64,000 bases of DNA from NCBI GenBank assembly GCA_026914245.1, contig CP110440.1, positions 3,968,001 to 4,032,000 on the forward strand, read 5' to 3'. Source of the DNA: Puccinia triticina. Lineage: Eukaryota. Every line of letters begins with the position of its first letter. Positions within the stretch are counted from its first letter, which is position 1. Below, piece after piece: positions 47,660 through 61,939 of the stretch. Both the position numbers and the translations under genes were made by a program. The notes under the pieces were generated by a model. That model worked only from the letters and a program-made list of their open reading frames with translations. It was not told the DNA's origin and searched no databases.

Positions 47660-48420
47660 GTAAGGATGCTCTTACACCACGGGAGTGCGCCGACGTCGGT
47701 TTGCTGATTGTTTCTGCCGGCAACCTGACCCTCCCCGACCCAGCCAAACCTTCCTGCTGGCCGCCGTCGTGGTGTCGCGGTTTGCAGCCACAGTGTCGGG
47801 CCGACCACAGGCGCTGCCGCATATCTGACGGCAGCAGGGGCAGCCCGCCAATGTCCCGACCCTCGTGAGATACCATCTTGCGATGCCTGAGACATCGTGA
47901 GATGGCGTCCCGCGGTTGGGCTGCCCCGCCCGATGGGATGGGCAGGCAATCGTCAGGCCGCCATCCTGAGGGGCCTGTTCACACGGCCGTGAGATGGGGA
48001 CCTGCGGTCGGGGCGCCCAGGGCTTGCTGTCAAGCCAACCAGACAGCTTGACCGGATGGGGGTGCTGCTCGACCGATCCGCTGTCCGAGGATTATAGGAC
48101 GGATGGGGGAACTGCTTGACTGATCTGGGGTCCGAGGATTAGAGGACCGTTCACTCATGTCCGACGGACTACCGGAGCATGCCATACGGCTCAACAGTCC
48201 GGATTGCTTGCTGCTGAACGTTTGGTTGGACAGATAATCATTTCATAGGCTATGACCATGTCTATATACAAGTGAGCGACCCCCGTCAAATAACAGGGCA
48301 GGACAAAAGAGATAAAGAAACAACCCCGGATGGGGACCTGAGTTGTGTGATATAGAGGCGTAACAACGAGAAGGAAAGAGAGAGATACAACACCCCAACA
48401 TTTGGTTGGGGTAACAGACA
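47660..48420 (+). mobile_element. LTR remnant with PBS-like site
   Basis: GC-rich U3-like region, ctatata at about 48262, end ccccaaca at 48400 followed by tt-tggttgggg. Confidence 0.5.
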
Positions 48421-48447
48421 GGTCCAGTTCGGACAACTTGAGCAATA

Positions 48448-49642
48448 TGTTGGCGAGGGAGTTAAGCGGCGGGTGTGCGGTTCGACCTCAGCCGCAACCT
48501 CATCAGGGGTTGGGAGCTTGAATCCTTAGGATTCACAACATTGTAAATTGTACCTTGACCGTGCGGCGGTTGATCCACGGCTGCTCGTTTGTTGCTGGTG
48601 CGGCCTCGTGGGCACGGGTGAGTGCTCTCTCGGAGATGAGTGGAGCCTCGGGAGGTGAAGATGAGGGAAGATGAAGGGGAGGAGACAAGGGTGGGAGCAA
48701 ACCAGGGGGACATAAATTATAAAGTCCCGATCAAAGGGGGAAAAAAGTGGGTGCTGCGGACTGCTTTGATTCAATTTCCCAGCAGCTGACCATGCAAGGC
48801 TTCGTGGTTCAGCTGGTCAATGACCGAGCGGCTGTCCTTAGGGACTCTTACGGTCGGGCTGCCAGCTTGCATGCTGGGCAGCTGACCGACAGCCTGTGAG
48901 ATTGTCGGGCTGCCGACAATCTTGGGCGTTGGTTAACCGGCGGGTGACCGTCAAAGGCCTGGGAAACACCTGGCGGCAGTCTGCCGGGTGCGGACCAGGT
49001 CAGCCAGTGGGCAGCAGACCGTCCGGTCGAGCCAGCGATTGTCCGCCCGGCAACAGACCGGCAGACCGGCGGTGGATCAACCTTGGTCAAGCCACCGTGG
49101 GTCCTGCCGGCAACACCCGGGCAGACAGGCGGCGGATTGACCGAAGTCAGTCCGCCGTACCTCTTGACGTCAAGAGGTACGGCGGACTGACTGTCTCGAC
49201 ACCCCGACAACGGGCTGCCCTGTTTTCACACGGTAGCCCGACGTGGGCCCCTTTGTCGTCGGGTTGTCGGTCCGAGGGAGCCCAAATCGCTCTTGTGGTG
49301 TAGTAATCTTACTGAGTTCTCGCTAAGACGTTTCACTGAGGCTGATGGACAGCTCATGCAGGGCCATGCCAGCTGGTACTTCTTGTCCCGCCAAAGCTGC
49401 TGGGTGAGCAAACATGTCAAGTGGACATGTGCCCGGGCAGAAAGGACATTGGGGGTCGAAGTAGCAGCTGTTGACCGTCCGCCTTGTAGGCGGTTGCGAG
49501 GTCCAGCACTTGGGGTGAGACACGGCCATGGGAGAGACATGACGTCATCTCCAATGCTTGCCGTGTTTTTCCTGCCAGAGATCACAATTGGGGCAGCTTA
49601 ACCTGTTGACCGTGCAACCTTGCCTCACGGACCCGCTCAACA
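48448..49642. mobile_element. Long GC-rich LTR-like segment (TGTTG...CAACA)
   Basis: Termini tgttg / caaca, internal direct repeats (ccggcaaca..gcagac.ggcgg.ggat) and a perfect palindrome; no TSD. Confidence 0.55.
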
Positions 49643-49939
49643 GTTTGCTACAACCAATACAAGGCCCTACGTTTCTGGATAAATGTGCTAACTTGACATA
49701 TAAATCCTTGTGGAATGGTCAAACAGTGGTTGCATTCCGCCGACCAGGGAGGCAGTGGCAATATCAGGACATCGGGAGGTCGTCGGCTTCCATGTCAACA
49801 TGCGGTCCGTATGCATGAGAGCAGTCACTTGCAAATGTGTTTATGCATATGCACATTACAGACCTCAAAAAAATCCGTGGCAAGATCAGACGTCCGAGCC
49901 CGCAAATTACACCCGAGTCTGAGATAAACAGGAATAACC

Positions 49940-52900
49940 ATGGTCAAGTCGTCAGTAATCTTTCCATTGTTGTATGGGATACATTGTGCTTAAATCGTAT
50001 GCCTCGTTCATATTTTTTTCCAAAGGTACTTTCTTCACGGTGGCACGGAAGTCTTCGGACTGGTCGCGTCCAACACGTCGAACTCACTCTTTGATGGCAA
50101 GCGGGTATTCGTTCCAGCGTTGGAAGATGTGTATGTTTGGGATGTGAAAAGGGGCGAACTAGTGAGCACATTTCCTAGCCGAATGATCCAATTCTTTCAT
50201 TTTGCTCAAGTTGGGATTTCGCTTCAAGACAGGAATGTGGCATGCTACTGGCCATTATCATCCAGTCACATCTATCGCCCGTTCGCCTTCTGACCCCGAC
50301 AGGTTTGCAGTTGGATATCAAGATGGCTCCGTTCGGATTTGGTCATCAAAATCTAAAACAGAAACTGCAGTTTTCGAAGGGCATCGTAGGGCGATTTCTT
50401 GCTTGGAATGGGACAAGGATGGGGCACGTTTGGCTAGTGGGGCTGTCGATGGTGAAGTCATCATGTGGGATGTTGCGGGAGAGAGTGGTCTTTTCAAGTC
50501 AGTATCTCTCCTTCTGTAGTATTCACTCAAACAAAGTCGATCATACATCTTGCTTACCTTTCCCGTTTTGTTCAGACTGAGAGGCCACAATAATCGTATT
50601 ACTGGTCTAGTGTTCTTATCGGGTTCTACTCCAGTCTCCGACCCATCATCCTCAACTTCTCTTCCACCCCCTTCAACACACTTACTTACCACCTCTCAGG
50701 ATACATATCTCAAGTTGTGGGACCTCGAAACACAGCATACAGTCGAATCCGTAATCGCTCATCGTACCGAAAGTTGGTCTGTGACTGTTATCCCACCCTC
50801 AAGTCGGAGCGACGGTCAAGATCCAGATGGCAACGTAGAAGACCCTATGTTTCTATTAATAACTACCGGAGGAGACGGAGAAGCCAAGCTCTGGACATTG
50901 TCATCAAATATCCTCATAAATGGTCCCCAACGAGCCAGCAATGGTCAAGGTTTCAAACGAGCGATTGTTCACATCGGAAATTTGGCTTTGAACACTTCAG
51001 GCGCACATGGCAAACGTGTCTCAGGCGCTACTGCACATCATTACACTCTACGTGGAGGAATAAGTGGTATTGCTATCGCTTTCCAAGTCGGAGATCGTTC
51101 TGTAGAAGTTTGGCGGATTCGCAGTGTCGAAGAAGTCAAGAAGAAACAGGCCCGGCGCAAAAAGAAAGAAGCGGCAAAAACTCGGAAATCTGGAGAAAAG
51201 AAAGACTCTGAAGAGAAGAAAGACACAACGGACGCAGAACAAACAGTCACTTGGCTAGACCGCCTGTGTCCCTGGATCATGCTAAGAGGATCCGGAAAAA
51301 TTGCGTCTTTTGCTTTCCCTCCGACATCGAATCTTGCTTTATTTCCTTCCGCGGAGCGACCTGCAGAATTACAAATCCTTCTTGCTCTATCAAACAATTC
51401 GGTCGAAGTAATGTCGATTCCCAGGCCGACTACTTCTGCCAAATGGGCATCCCTGGAGGCCGAAAATCTGTACAAGGTCGCCTTGCCCGGCCACCGAACC
51501 GATATCCGGACAGTCTGCTTGTCCTTTGACGATCAGCTTTTAGCCAGTGGCAGCAACGGCTCATTGAAAATTTGGAATCTGAAAACTCAAAAATGTATCC
51601 GCACCATGGAATGTGGCTATGCCCTCTGCGGCACTTGGCTTCCCGGTAACAAACATGTAAGTTGACTTGATCAATTTCCAATAAATTCAGCTGACTTGTC
51701 TAAGCTTTGAATGCTTTATGTAATAGGTCTTGATCGGAACAAAGGATGGCCGTTTGATGTTGTATGAGCTCAGCTCATGTGCTTTGTTGCAAAGTTGTGA
51801 AGCTCACACTGGTGCAATTTGGTCTATCGACCTCCGACCAGATGGAAAAGGGTTTGTGACGGGCGGTGCCGATAAATGCGTCAAGTTCTGGAACTTTACG
51901 GCTAAGAAGACTTCTGTCGAACCAGTCAATCAAGACAATTCGGATACCACTTCCTTCAGCCAAAAAACATTATCTCTGTCAATGTCACATTCCAAAACGA
52001 TGAAGATGTCGGATGATGTGCTTGGTGTTCGGTATAGCCCAGACTTCAAATTCTTGGCAGTCTCAACTTTGGATTCAACGGTCAAGATCTTTTTCCAAGA
52101 CACTCTGAAATTCTTCTTATCCCTCTATGGTCACAAGGTACGTCCCGTCCGATTCGCTAGTCGGTTGCATGTCACACTAAGTATGCATTCTTGGATTTTA
52201 GCTTCCGGTATTAGACATGGACATTTCGTTTGATTCAAAACTCATCGTCACCTGCTCTGCTGATAAGAATGTCAAGATTTGGGGTCTTGACTTTGGAGAT
52301 TGTCACAAATCAATTTTCGCTCATGAAGAAAGTGTGATGCGTGTGGCCTTTGAAAGCGGTTCGCATTACTTTTGGACCGTCGGTCGGGATAAACTAGTGA
52401 AGTATTGGGATGGAGACAAGGTACGTGGTTGATTTTCCAATCAGCTCGTCTATGTGGCTTAGATCAGATTTATTGATCACACCGCTTTTGCACACATTCA
52501 ACGCTCTTTAGTTTGAAAATATTCAAACGCTCACTGGTCATCATAAAGAAGTTTCTTCGCTCGCCGTCAGTCACAACGCCAAGTTTCTTGTTACCGGTTC
52601 GTTTGATAAGTCGATTCGGATTTGGGAAAAGACCGACGAGCCACTCTTCCTTGAAGAAGAACGAGAAAAAGAGCTAGAACGGCTCTATAACCAAGAAGAA
52701 AACGAACAAGCAGACCTGATGGCAGTGCGACAGCAGAAATTGAAGGAGAGTGGAAAGGAGGGCGAAGTTGAGGAGGCTGGTGCAGTATTGAAACAGACAG
52801 CCGAGACTCAGATGGCGGGTGAGAAGATAATCGAGGCACTTAATCTTGCAGCCGAAGATTTGGAAGCGTTCGCAAATTACCAATCAGTCAAAGCTTCTAT

Positions 52901-53491
52901 GAAAGATCCAGCTATGGCCAAAAAGTTGGCTCCTCCCGCGCGGAGTGCGATCTTCTCGGCGTTCAACAACATCTCTGCTCATGCATATGTGCTTAAGGTG
53001 GTGGAGAAAGTGCCACGACCGGCACTTGAAGACGCATTACTGGTTTTACCTTTTGCACAAGTGACAATGCTGCTCACGCACATAGACCATTGGATCTCGA
53101 AGGTGAATACCCTTTTCTCTACAATTTTGGAATTGAAGTTGAACTAGGAACTAATCATAAGACCTTTGCTTTGCGTAAACGTATCCAGGGTTGGTCGATC
53201 CCTCTAGTCTGCCGGATCCTGTTCTTTCTACTTCGGACGCACGAATCCCAGATCACTGCGACCAATGGCTTGAAAACGTCGATCAATTCGATCCAGAAGA
53301 AGCTCTCGACCCGCTTGTCCAAACACAGAGAGATGGTCGGCTACAATGTCGAGGCGATAAAGTTCTTGAACCAATCCTTGGATCTCCAGCAGCAAGGAAA
53401 ACGGTTCTTTGATGATCCGGACCTTAAGTCGGTCGATGAGATTCGTGGGATGATCGGAAATACCCAGAAGAGACGCAAAGTAGTCATTTAA
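49940..53491 (+). CDS. DIP2: U3 snoRNP WD40 protein Utp12/Dip2 (WDR3)
   Basis: [96 protein letters not shown]. Confidence 0.97.
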
Positions 53492-54033
53492 ATTTACTTC
53501 ATAGATTTATCACATCCATGCTCTCAATATCCCTGTGAACCCTCCCTCTCCAAATGAAAATAGATATCAACTGGACAGCACCTGTTAACATTTTATTACG
53601 GATGCCAACTAATATGTATTGCTCCTAAACGAATGTGTCGACTCTCTTCTCGTCAAACAGTAGTGAGCTTAGCTCATTTGACTTGCTTGCAACACCTTCC
53701 TGTTCGCACCATGGCAATCCAGATATCAAAGATGAATGCGGTTGCCCAAGTTACTATCACTTTCATGTGTCTTTGTAATACACGGGCCTTTTCAAACAAT
53801 AGGCGAAGAGAAGAAATTAAGGCAAACGAACTGAACCTAAAAGAACTGAACCTAAAAATTGACTCAACGGGTTTTCACAAATACAAAAAAGGGGTGGGTG
53901 GGCGTGCTTCTAAACTTGTAAATAGCCAAAAAAAAAAAAACGAAGGACGAAGGAGGATAAGATATCGATCGGGCGAACAGCTGATGTGATGTACATATAC
54001 AATGTACAATGGAGAGAAGAGCTAATAGAGGGA

Positions 54034-55166
54034 TTAACGAAAGGTGAGGAGGAGAAGCATGAATGTGCAACCCCCGGCAACGGTGGCAAGGATTAAGGTG
54101 TCCCGTCTTCTTCGTGAGTTGATCATGCTGATCAACGAGTTGACTCCCGGTACAGCAGCTGTGAAGAGGGTGAGCCGAAGCGTTACGAGTAAAATCAATT
54201 CAATCAGGATATGAGGTAAAGGATTCAGGAAAAAGTGGAGATGAGAGGACTAACCAATCACGTTGCCCATCCGAGAGTTACTATTAAAGAGAGAACGACG
54301 TTGGGCAGAGAACTGGTACCTAGTTTCGTAGGCTTGTCCGAGGACATCATCAGCCAGCCGATGACTAGAGTTGATCGAGTTTCTATCGTTGAGATGGCGG
54401 TCTTGTTCGGAGGCGATCTGGGAAGACTTGAAGGATGATATTTCGGACCTGACCGAGGAGAGTAGGGATGCACGTTGTTCGCATTCGCGTAGGGAGGTCC
54501 TCGTTCGTTTGAAGTCTCGTTCGTACTCTTGGAGGACTTCCTTGTGTCGGTTACAGGCGTGCGTCATCGATCCTGTAGGCGCAACTGAGCTCGTTTGGAG
54601 CAGTCTGTATATTTGATCTACTTGTAATGAAAGCTACATTTACAACCTCCTTGTCAGTATCATCCGGATTCAGGTTTAAATATTTTTCTTCTTTTTCTTG
54701 GGAGGGAGGGAGAGACGAACTTGTTTCAGATTATCTTCGATCCGTTCTTCAACCTCTCGAGATTCCGAAATGGTTCGCTCGCTCAGCTTCCCATTTGAGC
54801 TATAAGCGGTTGAGACGGAGGTGCAAAGTTTAGCATAGGTGGTAATTTCTGATTCCAATGTATTCTCCAGGCTGCGGACTAAGAATGAGATGAAACAAAG
54901 CTCATGATGTTATAAATGAGGATGCTTAGAACAATGAATAGATAGGAGACGTACTCTGCCGACGGAGGGTTTCCCAAGCTGAGCGTGGAGCACAAGAAAA
55001 TCGCAGTGAGAGCATCGTCGGATGATGGTGGGGAGAGGGAAGGAAGGTGAGGATCCAAAATTAATACTCGAGAGACAATAAGCAGCGAGAGCACAGACAA
55101 CAAGGCGGCCCGTGTGAGGTAGTGGATTGAGAGGTGATACGTACAGACCTCTCCCTGTGAGCTCAT
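54034..55166 (-). CDS. GOS1: Golgi SNARE Gos1 (GOSR1)
   Basis: MSSQGEV|SWETLRRQ|IRSLENTLESEITTYAK, RHKEVLQEYERDFKR, SSHRLADDVLGQAYETR, PGVNSLISMINSRRRRDTLILATVAGGCTFMLLLLTFR* (C-terminal TM anchor). Confidence 0.93.
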
Positions 55167-56158
55167 TGGGAATATCGGGATGGCTTTTTTGTGCGAGGGT
55201 GACGATGGTTTGCAGGTTGGGCTTGAGGTATTTGTTTCGGATGTGGCTGGCTTCTCGAGGCTAACAAAACTGGGATGGGTCATGCTATGACTGACCCCCG
55301 ATTCCGGGCTCTCCGGGTAGTACCCGCGGGGAGGACCGTGGGTATCGCACTCCGGGAGGGGGACACAGGACCCCGGAGAGCCTTTGTACCAAGCCGCCTC
55401 ATGTAAAACGTATCCGGGGGACACCTCCTCGCCTGGACCGTCGGCCAGCTGCCGGGAGGGGCTGGAGGGTGTTCACAGGTGCCAATTCCGGCTTCCAGGG
55501 CACCGGATCAAAACCCTAAACGCAGTGCGCCATTGGCTTGGGTTGGCTTCCCGCCACGAGGGCGTCCTCTATCACCACGCAGGCACCCGGCACTGGGAGG
55601 CCGCCGGTCCGGCTGAGTCGCCGGGGCAGTATGATTTTTTCGAATCACCCGGCTGTGTACGCAACGCCAGCGGAAACATTTAATAACAAAAGTCAATTAT
55701 AATCTACGTGGAGACCACCTTATTCAACGTGGTGTTGCAAAAGATACATATGGAAACCTTTACATACATACATACGAAACCTCATCGTCAATGTTACTTT
55801 GTGAGTGACTAGTACTGCCGACGACCGTAAATGTTATAGGGCCGCGTATAAATGCCTGGAGGTCTTTCGCCGCAAATCCCACAAAAGCTTACATCAGTCA
55901 ACCAAAATTTAATATACCAAGGACGACTATATCGAATTGGTGAGGATTCTAGTAGCGATTATCAACCAGCAATAATTCTGGGAGAAGGTAAATTGTACAA
56001 AATCTTGTTCCAATGCTTGCACGCCTTTAAGTTTCAAGGTAGGTTTGGCTAACCACACATTGTCCCAGGCTCCTTGTTCAATTCCAGTTACCTGGTGTTA
56101 TCGTGATTTCTGCTCACTTTGCTATAAGCTTACCTTGTGGGCCTGATTCCTGCCCGAC

Positions 56159-59100
56159 ATGCCTTTGAAATCTGGAAAAGAGCCCTATAGTGTGCTTGGT
56201 GTCTACCCCGTCGCGGTCCGGTCCAGATTCCGGATATTTTTAGCGCTCGCATTCACCTCGGCACTAGGCTTATACCTTTATTCTTATTCCCATCGACCCA
56301 TTCCTCATGAGTTGGCGCGCCAACCTGTTGGGGGCGTTAAGCAGTCCCTAAACTGGACTGATGATCTGAGTCAAGCAGACAGTCCGGTTTTGCCACAGAC
56401 CGGTGCACCGATAGCGGCAGATGCCGTTGGGGCAGGCCTACCCGACTTGATCAACACATACACCCCTGAAGAACTGATGAATCTGCCTGTACTGCATCAC
56501 ACTTTCGAAGATCCATTCGACCCGCGAAACGGGTTTAGACCACTCCGGGATTCCCACTCCCCATGGCTAGCAACTTCCCACAATGGCGTTCTCCTGACCA
56601 ACAAACTCAGCAGGAATCGGTTCCCTCCCGCTAACTCGATTGATTCATCCCGCGGAAGCTCGCCACCACCGATACCGATTTGGCCGTCGCATAAACTCTT
56701 ACGAGAGAAGGAAGAATCACTCAAAGCTCCCATTCCTAAACACTTGATTGCCGGGTTGAATACTAGCTATGTCTGGGAGGGCAGAGAAAGGATTAAAGAA
56801 GGGAATGTACCAAAAATACAGTGGCCAGGATTCGATAAACCGCATTGGGAGACGGATTCGGATCGGATTAACCGCTTGGAGCGTCAGGGATGGGTCAGAC
56901 GTGGATTTCAACACGTCTGGGAGGGTTACAAAGCCAGGGCATGGGGACATGATGAATTAAGACCAGTATCAGGATGGGTGAGTCAAGTAATAATTAGGCC
57001 TGATAAATCCAAAGTGGTAATGACTAAGTCAGATTGAGGGATTTATCTGAGTGTGGTTGACTCACATCCTACTTTTTTCTTCTCTGATCTCCCTATTCTG
57101 ACTTCTTTATGTGTGAAATCCCACCAGTTTGAAGATCCATTCGGCGGCTGGGGTGCCACACTTGTTGATTGTCTGTGAGTATTGATATCTCTTGTTTTCT
57201 ACTAGTATGGCCTCATTCCATTTTCCCAGACTTTTGTCGTGCAAACTAGAGATTTTTTGATAAAATGGATTTTTTTTATAAAACAAGATATATACTGAGC
57301 CATCCCAAATAGAACTAACCAACACTATTCTCTTTCCAGTGATACCCTTCTTATAATGAACTTGACACTAGAATACAACGTGAGGGTTTCATAGATGAAA
57401 ACTTACAAATTGATCATCTCTCTTATTTTTTGTTGAATGTCTTACAAAACCATTTACAAAGTATGCAAGAACTCATGTCAAGGCTATTGATTGGGGGCAA
57501 ATAGTTGGAGAGGTCAGGGGTTTAGGTTACTCTCTGTCAAACAATCCCAAGGTATCTCTCTTTGAGACTGTGATCCGCTGTGAGTCAAGCAAAACATCCC
57601 CATTACCCTTGAGATCACCTTGATGCACAGGATACTTATACAAATTTATAAAATGTAGATTTGGGTGGTCTTCTCTCTGCTTATGACTTATCAGGAGACA
57701 AGTTAATGCTTGAAAGGGCAGAAGAACTGGCGGAGTGGCTTTTACCTGCATTTGGGACATCTTCTGGAGTGCCACAAACCCAATATGAAATAGGCTCGTC
57801 AGTTGGTTTCTTCTTCTACTATAGTGGTTGTTTTACGTCCATTATGACTGAAGCAAAATGAAATTTTCCAAAATTTTGATCTCCTACAATCCATTTATTC
57901 CCTCTCACGCCATCATAAATTGTAGGAATCCACTTGGGGGAAATGTTGGAAGGGTTGTTACTTCAGACATTGGATCATTGACATTGGAATTCACAAGATT
58001 AAGCCAGCTGACATCAAAAGGGTTTTACTTTGATGTGGTCAGCCTTTCAGATTTTGATTTATCTCTTACACCATAATAATTGGATACAGCCTAGTCTTAA
58101 TTCAAACCATTTTTTATCAGGCACATAAGATAATTGATATATTGGATAGTGAACAATGGCTCTCTCCCAGCCGGCTGGGTACATTGTTTCCCACAGTCAT
58201 TGATCCTGACTCTGCAAGTATGGTGGACGCAAATTACACATTTGGTGAGTTCTTTTTGCTAATAAGAATTTCAAATGGATGTTAATCAAGTGTTCTTGTC
58301 TCTGTAGGCGCAATGGTTGATAGTTACTATGAATATTTAGTTGAGCACATGCTCAATTTGATTCACCTTCTTTATTGGCGCACTAATAATCTGACAAAAT
58401 TTTGCATCATAAACTCACACAGATAAAGCAGCATCAGTTATTACGCGGAACACACTCGCAGTATAGCAGGATGTACACTTCTGCATTGAATTCTGCTCGC
58501 ACGTACCTTATAAAAACCTACGAAATTGAGTCAGCTGGAGGCAAAAATCTTACTGTCATTGGTGATTCTCAGTCGGGAAATTTCAGGCCTTCCCTAGACC
58601 ATCTTACCTGCTTTGCTGGTGCAACAATTGGGCTAGGAGCTCAGCTTTTGCACAAAAAGGAAGACCTCAATCTGGCCATGAGAGTTAGCTTTTTTTTTTA
58701 TTTCATAGCTTCAAGTCCTCACCTTCCATAGCTATATGTCTGAATTTGACATTCAATATCTTCTCCATAGCACACAGATGCCTGCGTCTGGGCGTATGAA
58801 TCAACCAAAACTGGAGTTGGCCCAGATGAGATCTTCCTTGTTGACAACAATGATCCCGCGCGATGGCAACCAGTCCTCTACAAAGGTTTGTTTCAGGAAA
58901 TGTTTTTTGATTTGAATTTAGAGCTAATACTTGGGTCAAAATGAAAATCAGGCAAAAATTTTCGCGAGTTGAAACCAGAACCAGTGCAGGGTGCCACACT
59001 CCGCAATCCTTCCTATCTTGGCCGGCCAGAGACAATTGAGCAAGACAAATTTTCCTCCAAACTACTCAAGTTCTATAGCTTCCAGATGAATTTCAATGCT

Positions 59101-59760
59101 AAAACTCTTAAATTTTTTTACAGGTCGGTATACTACATGTGGCGGATTACTGGGGACCAACAATGGCAAGACAGGGGATGGAGGATGTAAGCTTAAATTA
59201 CGATTTTTGTAGGAAAATATCTTCCTGTGTTTCCAACTAAACACTTTGACCTCATTTCACCCAGGTTTACCAGCTGGATGGAAGCCTGCGTGACTGAGTT
59301 TGGTTTTGCAAACTTGGAAGATGTCAATGCTTGGCCACCCATGAGGTTTGATAGACAACAAAGTTTTGTTTTAGCTGAGACGTAAGCATCTCTCTATTTG
59401 CTTGAAAATATATTGAATAAACATTGAGAGGAGGGTAGCTCACTCTGATTTTGTATGAATAACACCAGATTCAAATACTACTATCTTCTATTTTCTGATC
59501 CGGACTTGGTGTCATTGGATGATTACGTATTCAACACTGAGGCACACCCCTTACGAATTGACATCCCTGAAAAGCCTTTGAAGACATATTGGAACAAATC
59601 AGATGAATCCCTTGACAACATATTTGATCCACCAGGGCTAGAAAAGGGCAAGCACGGATATGGGACATTTCTTCAACAATGGGCTCAGGTTGATTTAGCT
59701 AAGCTCAGTCAAGAAGAGCATCAGGTGTACAACAGAGTTATGGGTATAGAAAGAACCTAA
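56159..59760 (+). CDS. Class I alpha-1,2-mannosidase (GH47), type II membrane protein, many exons
   Basis: N-terminal [90 protein letters not shown]. Confidence 0.96.
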
Positions 59761-60419
59761 AATACATTCAACTAAGCAGAATAAAATATGTAATTTCAAT
59801 AGTTTGGTTAATGAAATTCTTTACTTACCAAGAAAAATGAAGCCCTCACTGAGATTTTAATTTTTCCTGACAAAAAACACCCAATACAAACTTCTGAAGA
59901 ATTTTTGACCCGAGGTGATGAAGAGGAGAAAAGAAGAGCTTGGTGTTTTTGAGCTTGAGGAGGAGGGGCAGTGGATTTGGAGTGTTCTCACTGGAGTGGC
60001 TCTTTGATGTGACGCAAAAAGAAGGAAGAGAACCAGTGGTTTGATTTTCATGACCATGCTATGTACTTTATAGACTAAGTACATGAGACCAACTTGTGGT
60101 TTTTGAGAGTAATTAATAAATTCCACATATTGAATAAAATCCAATTTGTCAAGACTACAAATGAAGAAGGATGGCTAAGATAACTCTACTACTCAGGGTT
60201 CAAGACTACAAGGTGTGAGGCACATGTACTACCTATCTTACTAGTGATGCTTAAAACAAATGAATTTATCAATAGAGTTTATTCACAAGATTAAGGGATG
60301 AGGTGAAAGTAAAGACAGATTTTCAACAAATTCTTCTTCACATAAAATCCCCCAGCATCCATATGATTAAAGCTCAAACTAAACCTGCTAAAAAGCAGCA
60401 TTCCATAACACAGCATTTT

Positions 60420-60638
60420 CAACAGGAAAAATAAACTTACAATAGACTACATGTGAAACAAGTCTAAGTCCAATGAGCTAAACATCAGTTTAATAGTATA
60501 TTGAACAAACCCCTGTAGGAAAACAGGGGGCCATTGTAACCTAGTTGTGGACCGTGGTAGCACCAGAGCAAGAAAAAAGTGGAAGCCATTTCTGCTCAAT
60601 GTAACCTGATTTCTGGTTATAATTTATATTTCCTGGTG
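60420..60638. mobile_element. MITE, family shared with 17394-17589
   Basis: TIR caacaggaaaaataaa / tatatttcctggtg; shared internal sequence. Confidence 0.65.
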
Positions 60639-60811
60639 TTTTAGGCTTTTGTTAGCGGTGATCACTAGTGCAATGCCATTAACAGATCACAAGAAATACT
60701 CTTAGTTTTAGCAGTACTAAGCTATGCCACACTACAATATTGCTAATGATTATGTAGCTGAATCACCAATGAATGTGAGCCAGCCACCAGCTGCCCACAG
60801 TATTTTTATTT

Positions 60812-60942
60812 GTGGTGTTCAAAGTTGGTTTATGCATGCATAAATCATAAATTTATGAAACCTCTTTAGTGTAACTACTTGAAGAGCCCCTGAAAAATGG
60901 TTTGATCATTTATGCAAGCATAAACCAACTTTGAACACCAAA
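60812..60942. mobile_element. Short MITE
   Basis: tggtgttcaaagttggtttatgc / gcataaaccaactttgaacacca perfect inverted repeat. Confidence 0.8.
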
Positions 60943-61195
60943 ATGTTAGCATAATTCTTTTTCAAGGCCTGGTCTGGACACCATGTAATATGTGAGAAAT
61001 GGGTGTATTTATCATGTGTGATCCCCCGGGGGTTCAAAAAATGTGGTTGAGTTGGGGGGTAAATTTGGGGTTGAACTTTAAATCCAATGATTTATCAGAT
61101 ATAATGTGGCATCTAAACAGAGCCATAATTATCCACTGTGTGATGTTTTTCACATACCTCTTTAAATCTATCAAGTGATGAAAACAGAAAAGGTA

Positions 61196-61308
61196 CACCA
61201 GTAAAAAACAATGATCACTTTTCTGCAGGTGACGCAGCAAAGTACAAAGGGGCCTTTTTACTATTTCATGTCATTTGTAGGCAAGTGATCATTGTTTTTT
61301 CCTGATGG
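61196..61308. mobile_element. Short TA-flanked MITE
   Basis: caccagtaaaaaacaatgatcactt / aagtgatcattgttttttcctgatgg; TA on both sides. Confidence 0.7.
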
Positions 61309-61310
61309 TA

Positions 61311-61939
61311 CAGTGCCCCCCACAACTTCTCAACTACCCCGCACCTGCAAAAAAAATTGAACTTGGAACAATGTGTTCAAAGTCACCAGACATGTATCAC
61401 ATGTAAGCTATACATTTTTGAGCCCTACAGACGTAGGAGAACTCAAAAATATAACTTTGAAGTCTGTGCAATGCCTCAAAAAAAAGTTTCATTTTTTCCA
61501 GATGCAAAATTTGGAACAGCTGGTTTTAAGACCATAGTATGTGGTTACAGACATGTACTATGGACATATGGAATATTATTATGTATTTAGAGACTAAATT
61601 ATCTATGTACATACATACTACAGGTGTAGGTATTTATGTAAATATGTACCTCCTTAGTTATTGATGATTGCCACATCCATCAGTACACTCTTTGAAATGT
61701 GGCAATGTGAAGAATATTTCTTCATTGGTCTCTTGGCAGGGAGTCCAGTGAAATTTCAATGACTTTGGACTATTATCATGCATGTTACCAGGTCTGGTTG
61801 GTGAAATGTGACATTTGCATCAAAAAATGGGCCAAAAAGAGCCCAGCATCAGCCCACTTTTAAAAGAATTTTTGGAAAGAAAATCTCCAAAATTTGGAAC
61901 CCCCCTGTAGGGGTAGTTGAGAAGTCGTGGGGGGCACTG
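61311..61939. mobile_element. Tc1/mariner non-autonomous element
   Basis: TIR cagtgccccccacaacttctcaactaccc / gggtagttgagaagtcgtggggggcactg; TA duplication. Confidence 0.92.

Noticed and set aside
55290..55680. GC-rich island upstream of GOS1 as an ncRNA
   Set aside because: No recognisable RNA-family motifs; the ccggg-rich pattern fits a transposon end or promoter equally well.
59355..59370. QQSF instead of MESF in GH47 as a sign of inactivation
   Set aside because: QQSF occurs in active Golgi-type GH47 enzymes, and the other catalytic motifs are intact.
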